From Botryllus schlosseri (lineage: Eukaryota), in contig CM119371.1 of assembly GCA_051294905.1 (NCBI GenBank), positions 14,944,001 through 15,008,000 of the forward strand: a DNA stretch of 64,000 bases. The letters run 5' to 3'. The translations under genes were made by a program, and so were the position numbers. This document shows positions 13,501 through 26,220 of this stretch, one piece after another (within the stretch, counting starts at the first letter, position 1; the number at the start of each line of letters is the position of its first letter). Under the pieces are notes generated by a model. That model was not told the origin of the DNA. It was given only the letters and a program-made list of their open reading frames with translations, and did not search any database.

Positions 13501-15134
13501 GTCATTCGCCCCCTTTATCATCTCCACTCCATACCTGGTTCAACGCCTCACGACTAACAACATGGGATACAACATCATATCAGCTCACACACAGAGTATA
13601 TTGGGTGAGTGGGGAATGAAACTGGCAAAATACAAATACGATATTGGTTATTATCAACGAAACTACATCTAATTTACGAAACACAAAATGTGAAATAAGG
13701 CGAGAACTACTACCACTCAACACAGTCAAGGCTGAAGTAAAAAATCATATTGCGACAAGCAATCACAGAAAATGTGTCACAGGAGTTTAGCAAACAGCAA
13801 CTGCTAATACCACTCAAACTACTGACAAATAGTCAAAGTAAAAAAGCATTAATTACATAAAAAAAGGTGTCACAGGAATATAAGACACTGCAACTGTTGG
13901 GACAACTCAAAGCTAATGGAACAGTCCATGTGCAAAAGATTGATGAAATGAAAGAATGGTATCGCAGGAATAAAGTAACCGCAACAATTTAATACGAGCA
14001 TTACAAAAAGCGTTCAGTAAAAATTCACTCTGCAAGAATTAAATCAATGCACCGTTTGCAGATGTCGAGTGCCTATTCTTTTTCTTCGTCAATCACAAGT
14101 GGCTGCACCAAAACGTTTTTTCTCGGCGCTTGTGGCTGAAATATATATACAGCAATGTCAGTGAATTCCGTATGTTGCCTATTTCTGCTCGAAGCAGTTA
14201 TACACCTTGGAAAGTGCTACCTATGCTTCACTACAGATTTACGTTACTTACCGGTATATGTCTGCTTGAGAACCAACTCCTGTTCGACGAAGACCACTTC
14301 TCAAGTACTTGTCAACTTATATTTCTACTTCCACTTGAAATAATCTTGACATGCCTTGAAAATTGCTACTTCTACTTCAGTCGAAATTTATGATATTACT
14401 TCTACTTCAGCTTAAGTACCAAAAACGACTACTTATACTTCGGCTACCCATGTTCGGACCATTACATGGTAAAAGAATGAAACATTACAACCAAATCTAC
14501 CATTTTCAAACAACTCGAGTACCTTTCAACTTCAATTTCAACTTGGAGTAGCTTTAACATACTTCGTAAATCATTACATACTCCAGTATAAATTCCTGTT
14601 ACTTCTACTTCCACCAGAGTCCCAACGTTGAATAGTTTAATTTGTTAAATGCCACTTACGGTTATATGCAAAAATCAAGCGACACCTCGACCAAATTTGC
14701 GACATCACACTAACGGCTTCCTTGAGGTAGGTTTAACATGTCTTGTAAACCACTACATATACTTCACTAGAAATTATGTATTACTTGAGCAGTACTGACT
14801 ACTTTTACTTCGACTACCCATGTTGGCAAGAAGCCAAATTTCATTACATCAGGGCTGTCAAACATACAGACCGCCCAGCAATTCTGCATAGATTGAACAA
14901 TGCTTGTTTGATGCAATGCAACGTTTGAAATTTCCGTAAGAAATACTTCCATTAAATAATCCCTCAACACTGCAAATATCGAGTGCGGAAAAAATGCATA
15001 TTGCGTTCCCAGTTCTATGAAAAAATTACCAAAAACAGAAGCACAAACGCCAAAACGGAACTGATACATGCAAGTTACATGGTGAAGACATATTTCACAA
15101 AAATATAATTACAATATCTGTGGTCGCACTAGTG

Positions 15135-15832
15135 CAGGGCTGGCCAACCTTTTCAGCCAAAGGGCCACATTCGAACGCCGAAATATTGCGCGGGCCACTA
15201 GCCGCGCGAAAAGTTTTTGAAGTTCATAGCTCAATAATATTGTCACTTGACTATATTGCGGGCCTGCAGTATATCGCTGGGCTCAGTTTGCCAGGACTGG
15301 ACTATTCAGCGCCTGGACATATCAATTTTGAAAGCTTCGACCAACATGCATCAATCATTTTGTGCCTAGGTTTCATAGTCGACGGTCTTTCAGCGAGCGC
15401 AAACGCTAGGTCGCATATGTTGAACGACACTTTGTCTCGTAATCGAGAATATAGTTAGATTCAATCTGATACATTAGGCGTTCATTCATTTTCAAAAAGG
15501 GGTAACAATATTAAAAGCAAGAAATCGAATGACTACATGTTGCGCGAAGCGTGTAGAAAATATTTACTTTTCATAAATTTATCGCAAATTATTCTGCTTT
15601 GTAGTGTACGAAGATCTACCAAAGTGTGACTGGCTCATGGAAATGCCAATGCGTCGTAACTGATATTTTAGTCATCACATCTCAAGTGTTGCGGCGAGAC
15701 TAATCAAATATTTGGTTGGCCTTGCAAGTTCACAATCTGTGCAATTCATTTTTTTTATAACATTACCAAGTTCGGAAATTACCTCGCGGGCCACTCAAAA
15801 CCTTCTCGCGGGCCACGGGTTGGCCGGCCCTG
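15135..15832. mobile_element. hAT (Charlie-like) MITE
   Basis: cagggctggccaacc/ggttggccggccctg; TSD cactagtg at 15127-15134 and 15833-15840. Confidence 0.9.
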
Positions 15833-16995
15833 CACTAGTGCATCACAAAAGACTCAAATGATCCCTGGCCTTGAGGGAAACCTGAATCACTATTTAAGAC
15901 GATGAAGAAAATTTCAACGTCCGCGTTTACAGTAACATACTTTGTCTACCTCAACGCATACCCAGGTTTGCCGCAGTGTTCGAGCAAATTATAGGTAGCA
16001 TAGAAAAATACCGACTTACATCATTATTAGAAGAGCTACTGTTTTATTGATTTTAACTGTATTTTGCCGCCAAATCACCATATTATTGACAATTCCATTG
16101 TTTGCGAATATAGGTGCAGCTAGAATATAACCTATATGATCCGAAATCGCGAAATTTTTTCAAAGTTAATGAATGAATTCTGGCAATAATAATGTTGCAT
16201 ATATTGTGGGTCACCTCTGTATACCGCTGGGCTCAATTGACCAGATCTGTGTACCGCAGGGCTTAATTGACCAAGACACGAATAATCGAAGATTTCAGTG
16301 AACATGTGTCTATCATTTTGCGCAAAGGTTTCATCAACGACTATTTTTCAGCGAGTGCAGGCGCGAAGTCGCATGTGGGACAACAAGTTCTCACATAATT
16401 GTGAATATAGTTGAGCTCAATTCCGTAGATTGGGCGCATATTTAATTTTCATGAGAGGGAAACAATACTATAAAAGCTAGAAATCGAGTGACAATAAATC
16501 GCGCGAAGAGCTAAGAAAAATATCAAGTCAAATAAATCTGCGACAAAATATTCTACTTTATGTTCATATACGAAATTGTGGATGGCCCCTGGCTACGCCA
16601 ACGCATCGCAACTGATATTTTCGTCATCAACATCTCAAAGTTTGCGGTCAGGACAATCAAATTTTCGTTGGTCTTGCAAGCTCACAATAAATTACCTGCC
16701 TAATTTATTTTTTGATATTACAATTTATTCGATAATTAACTCGCGGGCCACTGAAAACCTTCTGGCGAGCCACGGGTTGGCTACTCCTGACCGAGATCAA
16801 ATCTACTCTATGAAACAAATTACAAGATTTCTTTCTAACTCAATTTTCTGCTTGTACTGGAAGCAGCTTTTACATGCCTTATAGATCTCTACATACACTC
16901 GATTAGAAATTTGATGCTTTGCTTGGGTTCCAATGCTGATCATCTTCAACATAAAGATACGCGCTAGTCAACATGGATATACGTTGACTGCCTAT

Positions 16996-19883
16996 TAGGG
17001 TTGTTCAGATTTGGGCAATTTTTTGGAAACTTGTTTTGCGTAATTCCAAATGATAGTTTAGTGCATAAAAACACCTCTAAAAGCGATTTTGGTCATTTTC
17101 ATCGCGGTCTTCCCTGCGCGCAAAGCCCCCAAAGACCCACAGGTCAATTCTCCTTACTAGCGACGATTCACCATTGCTGGTTTGTAGCTTTTGTGAAGTT
17201 TGCGGTAGAAAACGGCCGAGTAGAGCTGGGAAATATCAGGTTGAATTATCTTTTTGACAATTGAACATACCTACATTCCTATACATGCCAAATGTGTTTC
17301 CCCTTCCCGTATTTGGTATAGGTAGCTGGGTGGTAGGCCTATGTATGAAATGAACGAATACAGGCATTTCCAGCCGGTTTCAACTCTGTAAATGTTAATC
17401 AAAGACATATTGTATATGAATGTAATTTCACCTTTATAGTAGCTTCAATTCACCTAATCCGCATCAGGTTTGCAGTATCTAATACGTCTGAAAGAAAGTT
17501 GACACCCCCCCTCCCCCACCACCTCCGAACACAAAAACTCAGACCTGTCCTGTCCTAAGACGTTGTCACAGTAGCGAATACGGCCAGAATGCAAATGTCA
17601 AAAGCTCACGACACTAGGCTTCTTCTCAAATGATCATGACAGGTAAGTCTAAATGGGGTTCCTGATACTCAACTACCAATGCATTCTGTCTGAAAACGTC
17701 CCCGGTGTTCTTACGGAAACAGAAACAATCTCAATACATATTAGTCATTGTCGTCACCCACTATGGTATGTGCTTACAACTGAGTTAACATAAGAAATCT
17801 GGCACAGACTATGTTTCTGAAACTTGATGAATTTATTGTAAGGAAATTTGCATTATCAAACTTGAAAAGCAGAATAAGGCAAAACACAAATCCGGACATA
17901 GTAGGCTGACCATTTACGTGACTTGAGACAATTGTGAAAGATGAAAAGACAGGTATTATCATTGAAGAACATGTTGAGAATTAGGTAAGCATAAAAACAA
18001 AAAGTGGATAACAACAGGCTCTAGTCTCAGGCAGGCTCATAGGATTTCAGTGTGGATTTATTGAAGTTGTGATACTTCTGACGGTGTAGCTCAACAACTT
18101 GCAGCATACTTTTCTTTTGGCGCTCATCATCTGTGATGATCGAAGCAAAGTCGGTATTGAGTTTTAACTCCTCGTTCAGCAGCGTCATTAACGACTTTGA
18201 CATTACTTACAAAATGGCTCATTTCATTGTATGTTTCATACTTATGCCATTGTTCCACAGGCTGATTCAACCATTCTCCAGAACACTCAAATTCGTTGAA
18301 CAAATGCCATGACTGAGGGCCCACTAAATCAGCCAAAGTGGTGTTATCCTCTATAGTCCCTTCTGATGAGAGAATGCGTGGCCCGCGTCGATAAGATTGC
18401 GGTTTTTCAACTTTCAGTAGGCGGCTTGCAATGCTTTATTCTGGTATCGCAACTTTCTTTTTCTGAGAACAAGGCATAAACCAAGGTTTCTTTCACAATG
18501 TACCATGGATGCTTCTTCAACTTATTGAGAGCAGATTCAGCAACATCTTTATCGGTAGTTGTTTTTTTGAAATTGTTGAATAATGTATTTTTAGGACCTG
18601 TGGTTTCAGGTCCAAAAATGATTGTCCAGACACTCTTTACCACCAACTCCAAGACATGATAGCATACAAGCATGATTCAACATTTATTTACCTAGGCGGT
18701 CTTCCAGTAACTTTGCAGCTCCTTTTTTCCATCCACTATTCCTTTATGTCGTGTCAAATACCAACGTGGCAATGGAATTCTGCAAAGTCCAAGTCGTTAT
18801 CAAATCAAATGCAATTTTAGCTTGGACCTCTCCTGTGGCATTTTCAATCTTTTGAATTCCAAGTAATTTTCCATTGGTATGCAAAGAATGAGAAGACAAA
18901 ATAACAGCAATGCTTCATACTTTGTTCCATACCTGTCTTCTGTCAACTTTCCATCCCAGTGTATAGCAGCATGATTCGGTAGGTCTTGTTGAAATGACTC
19001 GTATTTCATGCGAAATCTCAAGACGATTAGCTTCTCTACGTCTCTTTATAGTTGACCTGGATAGCACAAAGTCATTTAAGTCCCCACCGCATGCCTGTAT
19101 GAAGGCACTAATCAACATAGTTGCTTCATTATCGGTCAATCCTGAGTTTTGGTCGTTTTAGGGCATTCCTCTTTCAGATACAGCAAATACTGTAGAACTT
19201 GGCGTAGAGTGGGTAACTTGGAGTGAATAATACACTCAGATGAATATCCAATCAAATAATGACCAGACTTCGATCTTGTTCTTGGTGGGTCCGACACCTT
19301 TCTCCGCTTTGTTTCAGACATTCTTCTTCAACCAAATTCTAGCCTACCAGCAAATTGGATAACTCAGTATTTTACAGTAACACTAAAATCGAGGCAAAGA
19401 TTACTGACATAACATATTACATGCCTTCCAGTAACATTTACTAGCTTAACACCAGCTGGAAATGTCTGTGCATCTGTTCTCGAGCTCGACTCACAATCAC
19501 AACACGATGGTGCTTCTTCGGTGTACGATTCATAACAAACGTGCTACCAATACATGTTTCCCATGAACACGATATACCGGTTCTGCATGGTATAACGAAG
19601 ATTCATCTTGTATTTATAGGACTGCATTTCAGTACAGTTATGAATACAGATATATTTCCCATCCTTACATAGCCGTCTTGAACTGATAACTTCACAAAAG
19701 CTTGACGTAAACACGTCAGAAGTAAGGAGAATTGATCCGTGGGTCTTTGGGGGCTTTGCGCGCAGGGAAGACCGCGATGAAAATGACCAAAATCGGTTTC
19801 AGAGATGTTTTTATGCACTACACTATCATTTGGAATTACGCAAAACAAGTTTCCAAAAAATTGCCCAAATCTGAACAACCCTA
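16996..19883 (-). mobile_element. hATm-like transposon with ~250-bp TIRs
   Basis: tagggttgttcagatttgggc.. is inverted at both ends; TSD ctgcctat at 16988-16995 and 19884-19891. Confidence 0.88.
18027..19321 (-). pseudogene. Frameshifted, internally deleted hATm-type transposase
   Basis: Fragments KLPTLRQVLQY, IHWDGKL, LVFDTT, CYHVLELVV, HPWY and VVNDAAERGVK occur in order across several frames. Confidence 0.8.
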
Positions 19884-22382
19884 CTGCCTATATTCAGAAA
19901 TAGTCACGATTTCGTGGCAAGATGATGGTAAAACCTTGACCAAATTTACTTCTTAAAATTTCTTGAAGACTTATTAACGCAATTTTTCATTTCCGCTTGT
20001 AGTTTCAACAGAAATTTAGGATATTACTTTCACCTTGACTATACCTCTATTCGGAAATGGCCAGTTACGATGACACTCTAAAGAATTCCACAATTCAGGC
20101 TAATCCACTTCTTGATGCTCGTGCAATTTTCCTAATTTTCTATTTCCACTTGAGCAATCGCTCACTACTGCTACTTGAACTTGAGCAGAAATGTATGATA
20201 TGATGCTACGACTGATTGAGTACCAACACTAAATTCTTCAACCACCTTCGGTTTTTGCAAATTGTATCGAAGCTATTCATTTTACCATCGTTTGCTCTCC
20301 AACTTTTACGCCTGGGCCTGGCGCCACACTTCGCATTGTTGATGAATGGATTTCGCATCCGGTGCCTGAAAATAGATTGATTTTGAACATTGATTTTCGC
20401 ATATGATAGGTAGGCCTACCATTCAACTTACAGAAAATGATATTATACAGGCACCACTTGTTCCGTGCTCTTTTTTGTCAAGTTGAAGCCCATGATGTAT
20501 TTAACTCTTAAGTACTTCATTATGTGGAGGGTACACTACCCACTTTATAATGCATTCTTCGTGCAGTCTGCTTGACGTGGTCATCACCAACGGCGGACAT
20601 TGCTGATATCTAGGTAAAAAATCAGAATGGTTGTATTCAAGTCATCTGACAGTACGAAAAACAAAACTATGCGGGTGCAAGCATGCTGCCTATAGTACAT
20701 TTACACACTAATCAGTTATCAGGTTACTGTTGGCGAGAAATTCTCGCCGAGAATATTGGCTACACTGTGAATCACCCAGAATATGATTACGTCATCAATG
20801 GTAATTCAATAATTCATTTTGATAGCCGAGATTCGCTGGGCGATACGATAAAGGCCAAACCGCGGCTCTGAGTTGAGGGTTTGATTGCGGCACATGCATT
20901 TCCTCAACTTGAAGAGGGAGTCAACATAATCTTAAATAATGTCTTCTATCACGTTTAGACAATATGCTTGTATATTAACATCAGTTGTCACGCGAGCATT
21001 TATATCTGATCACGCCGATTAATGAATTATGCTGACGTCACAAAGCGATATCATAGTCCAGATGCAGAATAAGGCGCTTGCGCTTTACAATGAACACAAG
21101 CAACCTTGGCATTTGCGCAACAGCGAATATACGGTGTAACTTTAGTCCGGCGTATACCAGGTCTATTTCAGCACATATTGTCGTTCAAAAGTAATTCAGT
21201 ATCGAATCAGAGTGAAAAATATTTCTGCCACGCGAATGAAATTTTTCAATCACGCGAGAAATGTGTCTGTCACGCACAACATGTTGTCGAAAACAACCAC
21301 CGATTCCAGTCTGGGGTGCGGCTATATATACAGGGTGAATTTGGACACGGCAAGAGCGTATCATGTACTACAAAGGGGCATAGTCATTAATAATGAACTA
21401 AACAATAATCAATCATGGTATCCTATCAAAGTATAACTTGCACTTGTTAATAATCAATTCCTACTCATATAGGTTGTATATGGGACATACTTTTCAGCAA
21501 ATGTACTCATTTTATCAGGTTTTTGAAGGAAAAGTCAGCAGTATACTTTCAGCAAGAGTTGTTAATTGGGAATAATTCACAATGGCGGCAATCAGTCTCA
21601 GGCGCAACCAAACTAGTACCACTGTGATTCTGGCAGAAAATGCTAACGTCATGTTTCCGAAATTGTAGATTCATTGTTGTCACAATGATTCACTTGTGCT
21701 AAAATCAAATATTATAACCGGAAAAACAATTTCGCGACAGATTTGGAGCGCAAACGAACTGAAACACGCGAGTTTTATCAATAAATGGCGCAAAAGGTAT
21801 GATCAATACAATATGTTATCGAAACTTGAAGGATTGCTTCATTTTACAACCGCCAAGTAGTAGTTATGGCATCTAAATTTTCGACCATTACGTAATCTAC
21901 GCAGGCGAACCTATTTCGATTCTCGCCCGTTGCCGAAGCACCGGAGGCTTATCTGTGCTACTGCCCCCATGTTTGACTATTTCTTACGGCGTCAAGACGC
22001 CCGAAGAAAGACTCCACAAAAGATATCGAGCAGAAAAAACAAACAAATAATAACGTTTAACGCAGACAGCCTATCCCACACTGTCACATCGGCCAATCGG
22101 CTTTGGTCGTTGTTTGATTAAAATACCATAATAGGTAAATGCAACATCTTCTTGCCTGTTAACTACATCGCATTGGACACTATGTGTCTTGAGCACATCA
22201 GAATATAAATGATTACGATTATTGCGATCAACGTCATGTTCATGTTTGGTATAGGTCGGCTGTAATGCAGCAATTTATAAGTTATTCAATAAACAATAAA
22301 AACAAAAAAAATGCAATAGCGTTGCTTCTGCTTCGGACATTTTATATATTCGCAAAACTATTTCATCGTATGGTTTTACGTA

Positions 22383-24058
22383 GCCTACTTTTTGAAGACC
22401 AAAACGCACGATTTTGCGTCAAATACGACTTTTCGTCGAATTCGATTTTCGGTCAATTCCATTTTTGGTAAGTTTCAATCGACAACTAGGACACCCGAAT
22501 TGTAACGGCGTGCCCTCTGCTTCGGATATGTTATATATTTCGATAAGTATTACATCATGATTATAATGATAATAGCAAAAAGTCGGGAAATCGCGTACTT
22601 TTTTAAGATAAAAATGCATGATTTTTCGTCAAATACGACTTTTCGTCCAATTCGATTTTCGGTCAGTTTCAATCGACAATTAGGACACCCAAAATGTAAC
22701 GGCGTGCCCTCTGCTTCGGATATGTTATATATCTGGATAGGTATTACATCATGATATTAACGATAATGTCAAAAAGTTGAGAAATTGCGTACTTTTTGAC
22801 GATCAAAATGTACAATTTTGCGTCAAATACGACTTTTCGTCCAATTCGATTTTCGGTCAGTTTCAATCGACAATTCGGACATCTAAAATGTAACGGCGTG
22901 CCCTCTGTTTTGGATATGTTATATATCTGGATAGGTATTGCATCATGATATTAACGATAATATCAAAAAGTTGAGAAATTGTGTACTTTTTTAAGATCAA
23001 AATGCATGATTTTGCGTCAAATACGAATTTTCGTCCAATTCGATTTTCGGTCAGTTTCAATCGACAATTAGAACACCCAAAATGTAACGGCGTGCCCTCT
23101 GCTTCGGATATGTTATATATCCGGATAATTAGTACATCATGATATTAACGATAATATCAAAAAGTTGAGAAATTGTGTACTTTTTCAAGATCAAAATGTA
23201 TGATTTTGCGTCAAATACGAATTTTCGTCCAATTCGATTTTCGGTCAGTTTCAATCGACAATTCGGACATCTAAAATGTAACGGCGTGCCCTCTGTTTTG
23301 GATATGTTATATATTTCGAAAAGTATTACATCATGATATTAACGATAATATCAAAAAGTTGAGAAATTGTGTACTTTTTTAAGATCAAAATGCATATTTT
23401 GCGTCAAATACGAATTTTCGTCCAATTCGATTTTCGGTCAGTTTCAATCGAAAATTAGAACACCCAAAATGTAACGGCGTGCCCTCTGCTTCGGATATGT
23501 TATATATTTCGATAAGTATTACATCATGATGTTAACGATAATATCAAAAAATTGAGAAATTGTGTACTTTTCTATGATCAAAATGCATGATTTTGCGTCA
23601 AATACGAATTTTTGTCCAATTCGATTTTCGGTCAGTTTCAATCAACAATTAGAACACCCAAAATGTAACGGCGTGCCCTCTGCTTCGGATATGTTATATA
23701 TCTGGATAAGTATCACATCATGATATTAACGATAATATCAAAAAGTTGAGAAATTGCGTACTTTTTGAGGATCAAAATGTACATTTTTGCGTCAAATACG
23801 ACTTTTCGTCCAATTCGATTTTCGGTCAGTTTCAATCGACAATTAGAACACCCAAAATGTAACGGCGTGCCTTCTGTTTTGGATATGTTATATATCTGGA
23901 TAGGTATTGCATCATGGTGTTAACGATAATATTAAAAAGTTGAGAAATTGCGTACTTTTTGAGTATCAAAATGTACGATTTTGCGTCAAAGACGACTTTT
24001 CGTCCAATTCGATTTTCGGTCAGTTTCAATCGACAATTAGGACACTCAAAATGAAACG
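22383..24058 (+). repeat. 194-bp tandem array, left arm (~8.5 units)
   Basis: ggtcagtttcaatc at 22661, 22855, 23049, 23243, 23436, 23630, 23824 and 24018. Confidence 0.95.
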
Positions 24059-24481
24059 CAAAGCTTTGAGATATTAGACATTTTTGGCGTTGGTAATTGG
24101 TTGATCTTCAATATGGTTAGTCTTTGTTTGCTTGAGGTGTTCATGGTGTTTGTCAGCCACTATGGTCATTTACACAAGGCCATTTTTTTCATATTTATTT
24201 CATATATATTAACTGCCGACTTGTAGCACGGCTAGAATAGGATTTTTATAGAGCACCGCTTACACTGATGAGATGGCGAGGAGGGGCCTTGATAAACCTT
24301 CAACACTAAGGTAGGAATTCTTGAGTCAACCTCGGTAGCTAGCGACTATGTTGGCTGTCACTTGAATTCACGATCAATAATTGGTATTTTGCGGCATAGA
24401 CACGAATATTATTTGGGGCCTTCGCGCCACAATTACGTTAGTTGATGAACCAGCTCGTGATGTCATTTGAACTTGTGAACT

Positions 24482-25107
24482 ATGAAGAAGAAGTGTTGTC
24501 ACACAGGAGAATGCGTACGATCACGTCCAGTTCGCGGAAGCGAGCGGAAAATGATCAGAAGTAAACTGGAGCACCGAAAGCCGGCATCGCTCCCCAACGA
24601 GTTGTACGATACTTTGACCGCTGAGCAGAGGATCCTCGGCTCCCACACAGACGTGCCAAGTTCCAACGTACTTAGAAAACTCAAGTGCAAACAGACTTTA
24701 ATTGATGTCAAACGCGAATGGTACGTCAACTTGGAGAAAATGAAGGATGAAGAGGCGGATTCCACAAGATTTATTAGATCCATTCAAACATCTCCCCGCA
24801 AATCATTATATTTACAATTTTCGGGATCAAAGCGTTTAATACCTTATGTAAGATAGACATGATTTATTGCGACGCCAGTGAGAGCCTGAAAAGAGGTGAA
24901 GACTTCCAAATTTATACGTTGTTGGTGCGGAATCCTATCAAAGGAGAAGTTTATCTTCCTATCGCTTCCTGCATTACAAAAAGTCACGACTCTATATCTA
25001 TCTCACAGTTCCTGAATTTTTTCTGTCTGAACGATTTCGCCTTACCGGAGCTCAATCATCTCCGCCAAGGATTGTTATCGATGGATCGCCTGCAATGTGG
25101 AATCGAA
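24482..25107 (+). pseudogene. Truncated MULE/NOF-like transposase fragment
   Basis: RPVRGSER..VPSSNVLRKLK..FIRSIQTSP, then IYCDASES..IYTLLVRNP..LPIASCITKSHDSISISQFL, resembling the first catalytic-D region of MULE-NOF transposases. Confidence 0.6.
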
Positions 25108-26220
25108 ATATAGAACATATCCAAAGCAGAGGCCACGCCGTTACATTTTAGATGTCCGAATTGTCGATTGAAACTGATTGAAAATCGAATTGGACGAAAA
25201 GTCGTAATCGTACATTTTGATCCTCAAAAAGTACGCGATTTCCCACATTTTTGCTACTATCATTATAATCATGATGTAATACCTATCCAGATATATAACA
25301 TATCCGAAGCAGAAGGCACGCCGTTACATTTTGGGTGTCCTAATTGTCGATTGAAACTGACCGAAAATCGAATTGGACGAAAAGTCGTATTTGACGCAAA
25401 ATTGTGCATTTTGATCTTAAAAAAAGTACACAATTTCTCAACTTTTTGATATTATCGTTAATATCATGATGTAATACTTATCGAAATATATAACATATCC
25501 GAAGCAGAGGGCACGCCGTTACATTTTGGATGTTCTAATTGTCGATTGAAACTGACCGAAAATCGAATTGGACAAAAATTCGTATTTGACGCAAAATCAT
25601 GCATTTTGATCTTAAAAAGTACACAATTTCTCAACTTTTTGATATTATCGTTAATATCATGATGTAAAACTTATCCAAATGTATAACATATCCGAAGCAG
25701 AGGGCACGCCGTTACATTTAGCGTGTCCTAATCATTGATTGAAATAGCCCGAAAATCAAATTGGACGAAAAGTCGTATTTGACGCAAAATCGCGAATTTT
25801 GATCTTGAAAAAGTACGCAATTTCTCAACTTTTTGATATCATCGTTAATATCATGATGTAATACTTATCGAAATATATAACATATCCGAAGCAGAGGGCA
25901 CGCTGTTACATTTTGGGTGTTTTAATTGTCGATTGAAACTGCCCAAAAATCGAATAGGACGAAAAGTCGCATTTAACGCAAAATCATGCATTTTGATCTT
26001 AAAAAAGTACACAATTTCTCAACTTTTTGATATTGTCATTAACATCATGATTTAATACTTATCCCAATATGTAACATATCCGAAGCAGAGGGCACGCCGT
26101 TACAATTCGGGTGTCCTAATTGTCGATTGAAACTTACCAAAAATGGAATTGACCGAAAATCGAATTTGACGAAAAGTCGTATTTGACGCGAAATCGTGCG
26201 TTTTGATCTTCAAAAAGTAG
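25108..26220 (-). repeat. 194-bp tandem array, right arm (~5.5 units, inverted)
   Basis: Reverse complement of the left array unit. Confidence 0.95.

Noticed and set aside
14830..15960. Possible LINE ORF2 remnant (AKFHYIRAVK)
   Set aside because: Single weak motif, no RT or endonuclease signature.
22383..26220. Regular repeats as a CRISPR array
   Set aside because: Whole 194-bp units repeat with no unique spacers, there are no cas genes, and the context is eukaryotic.
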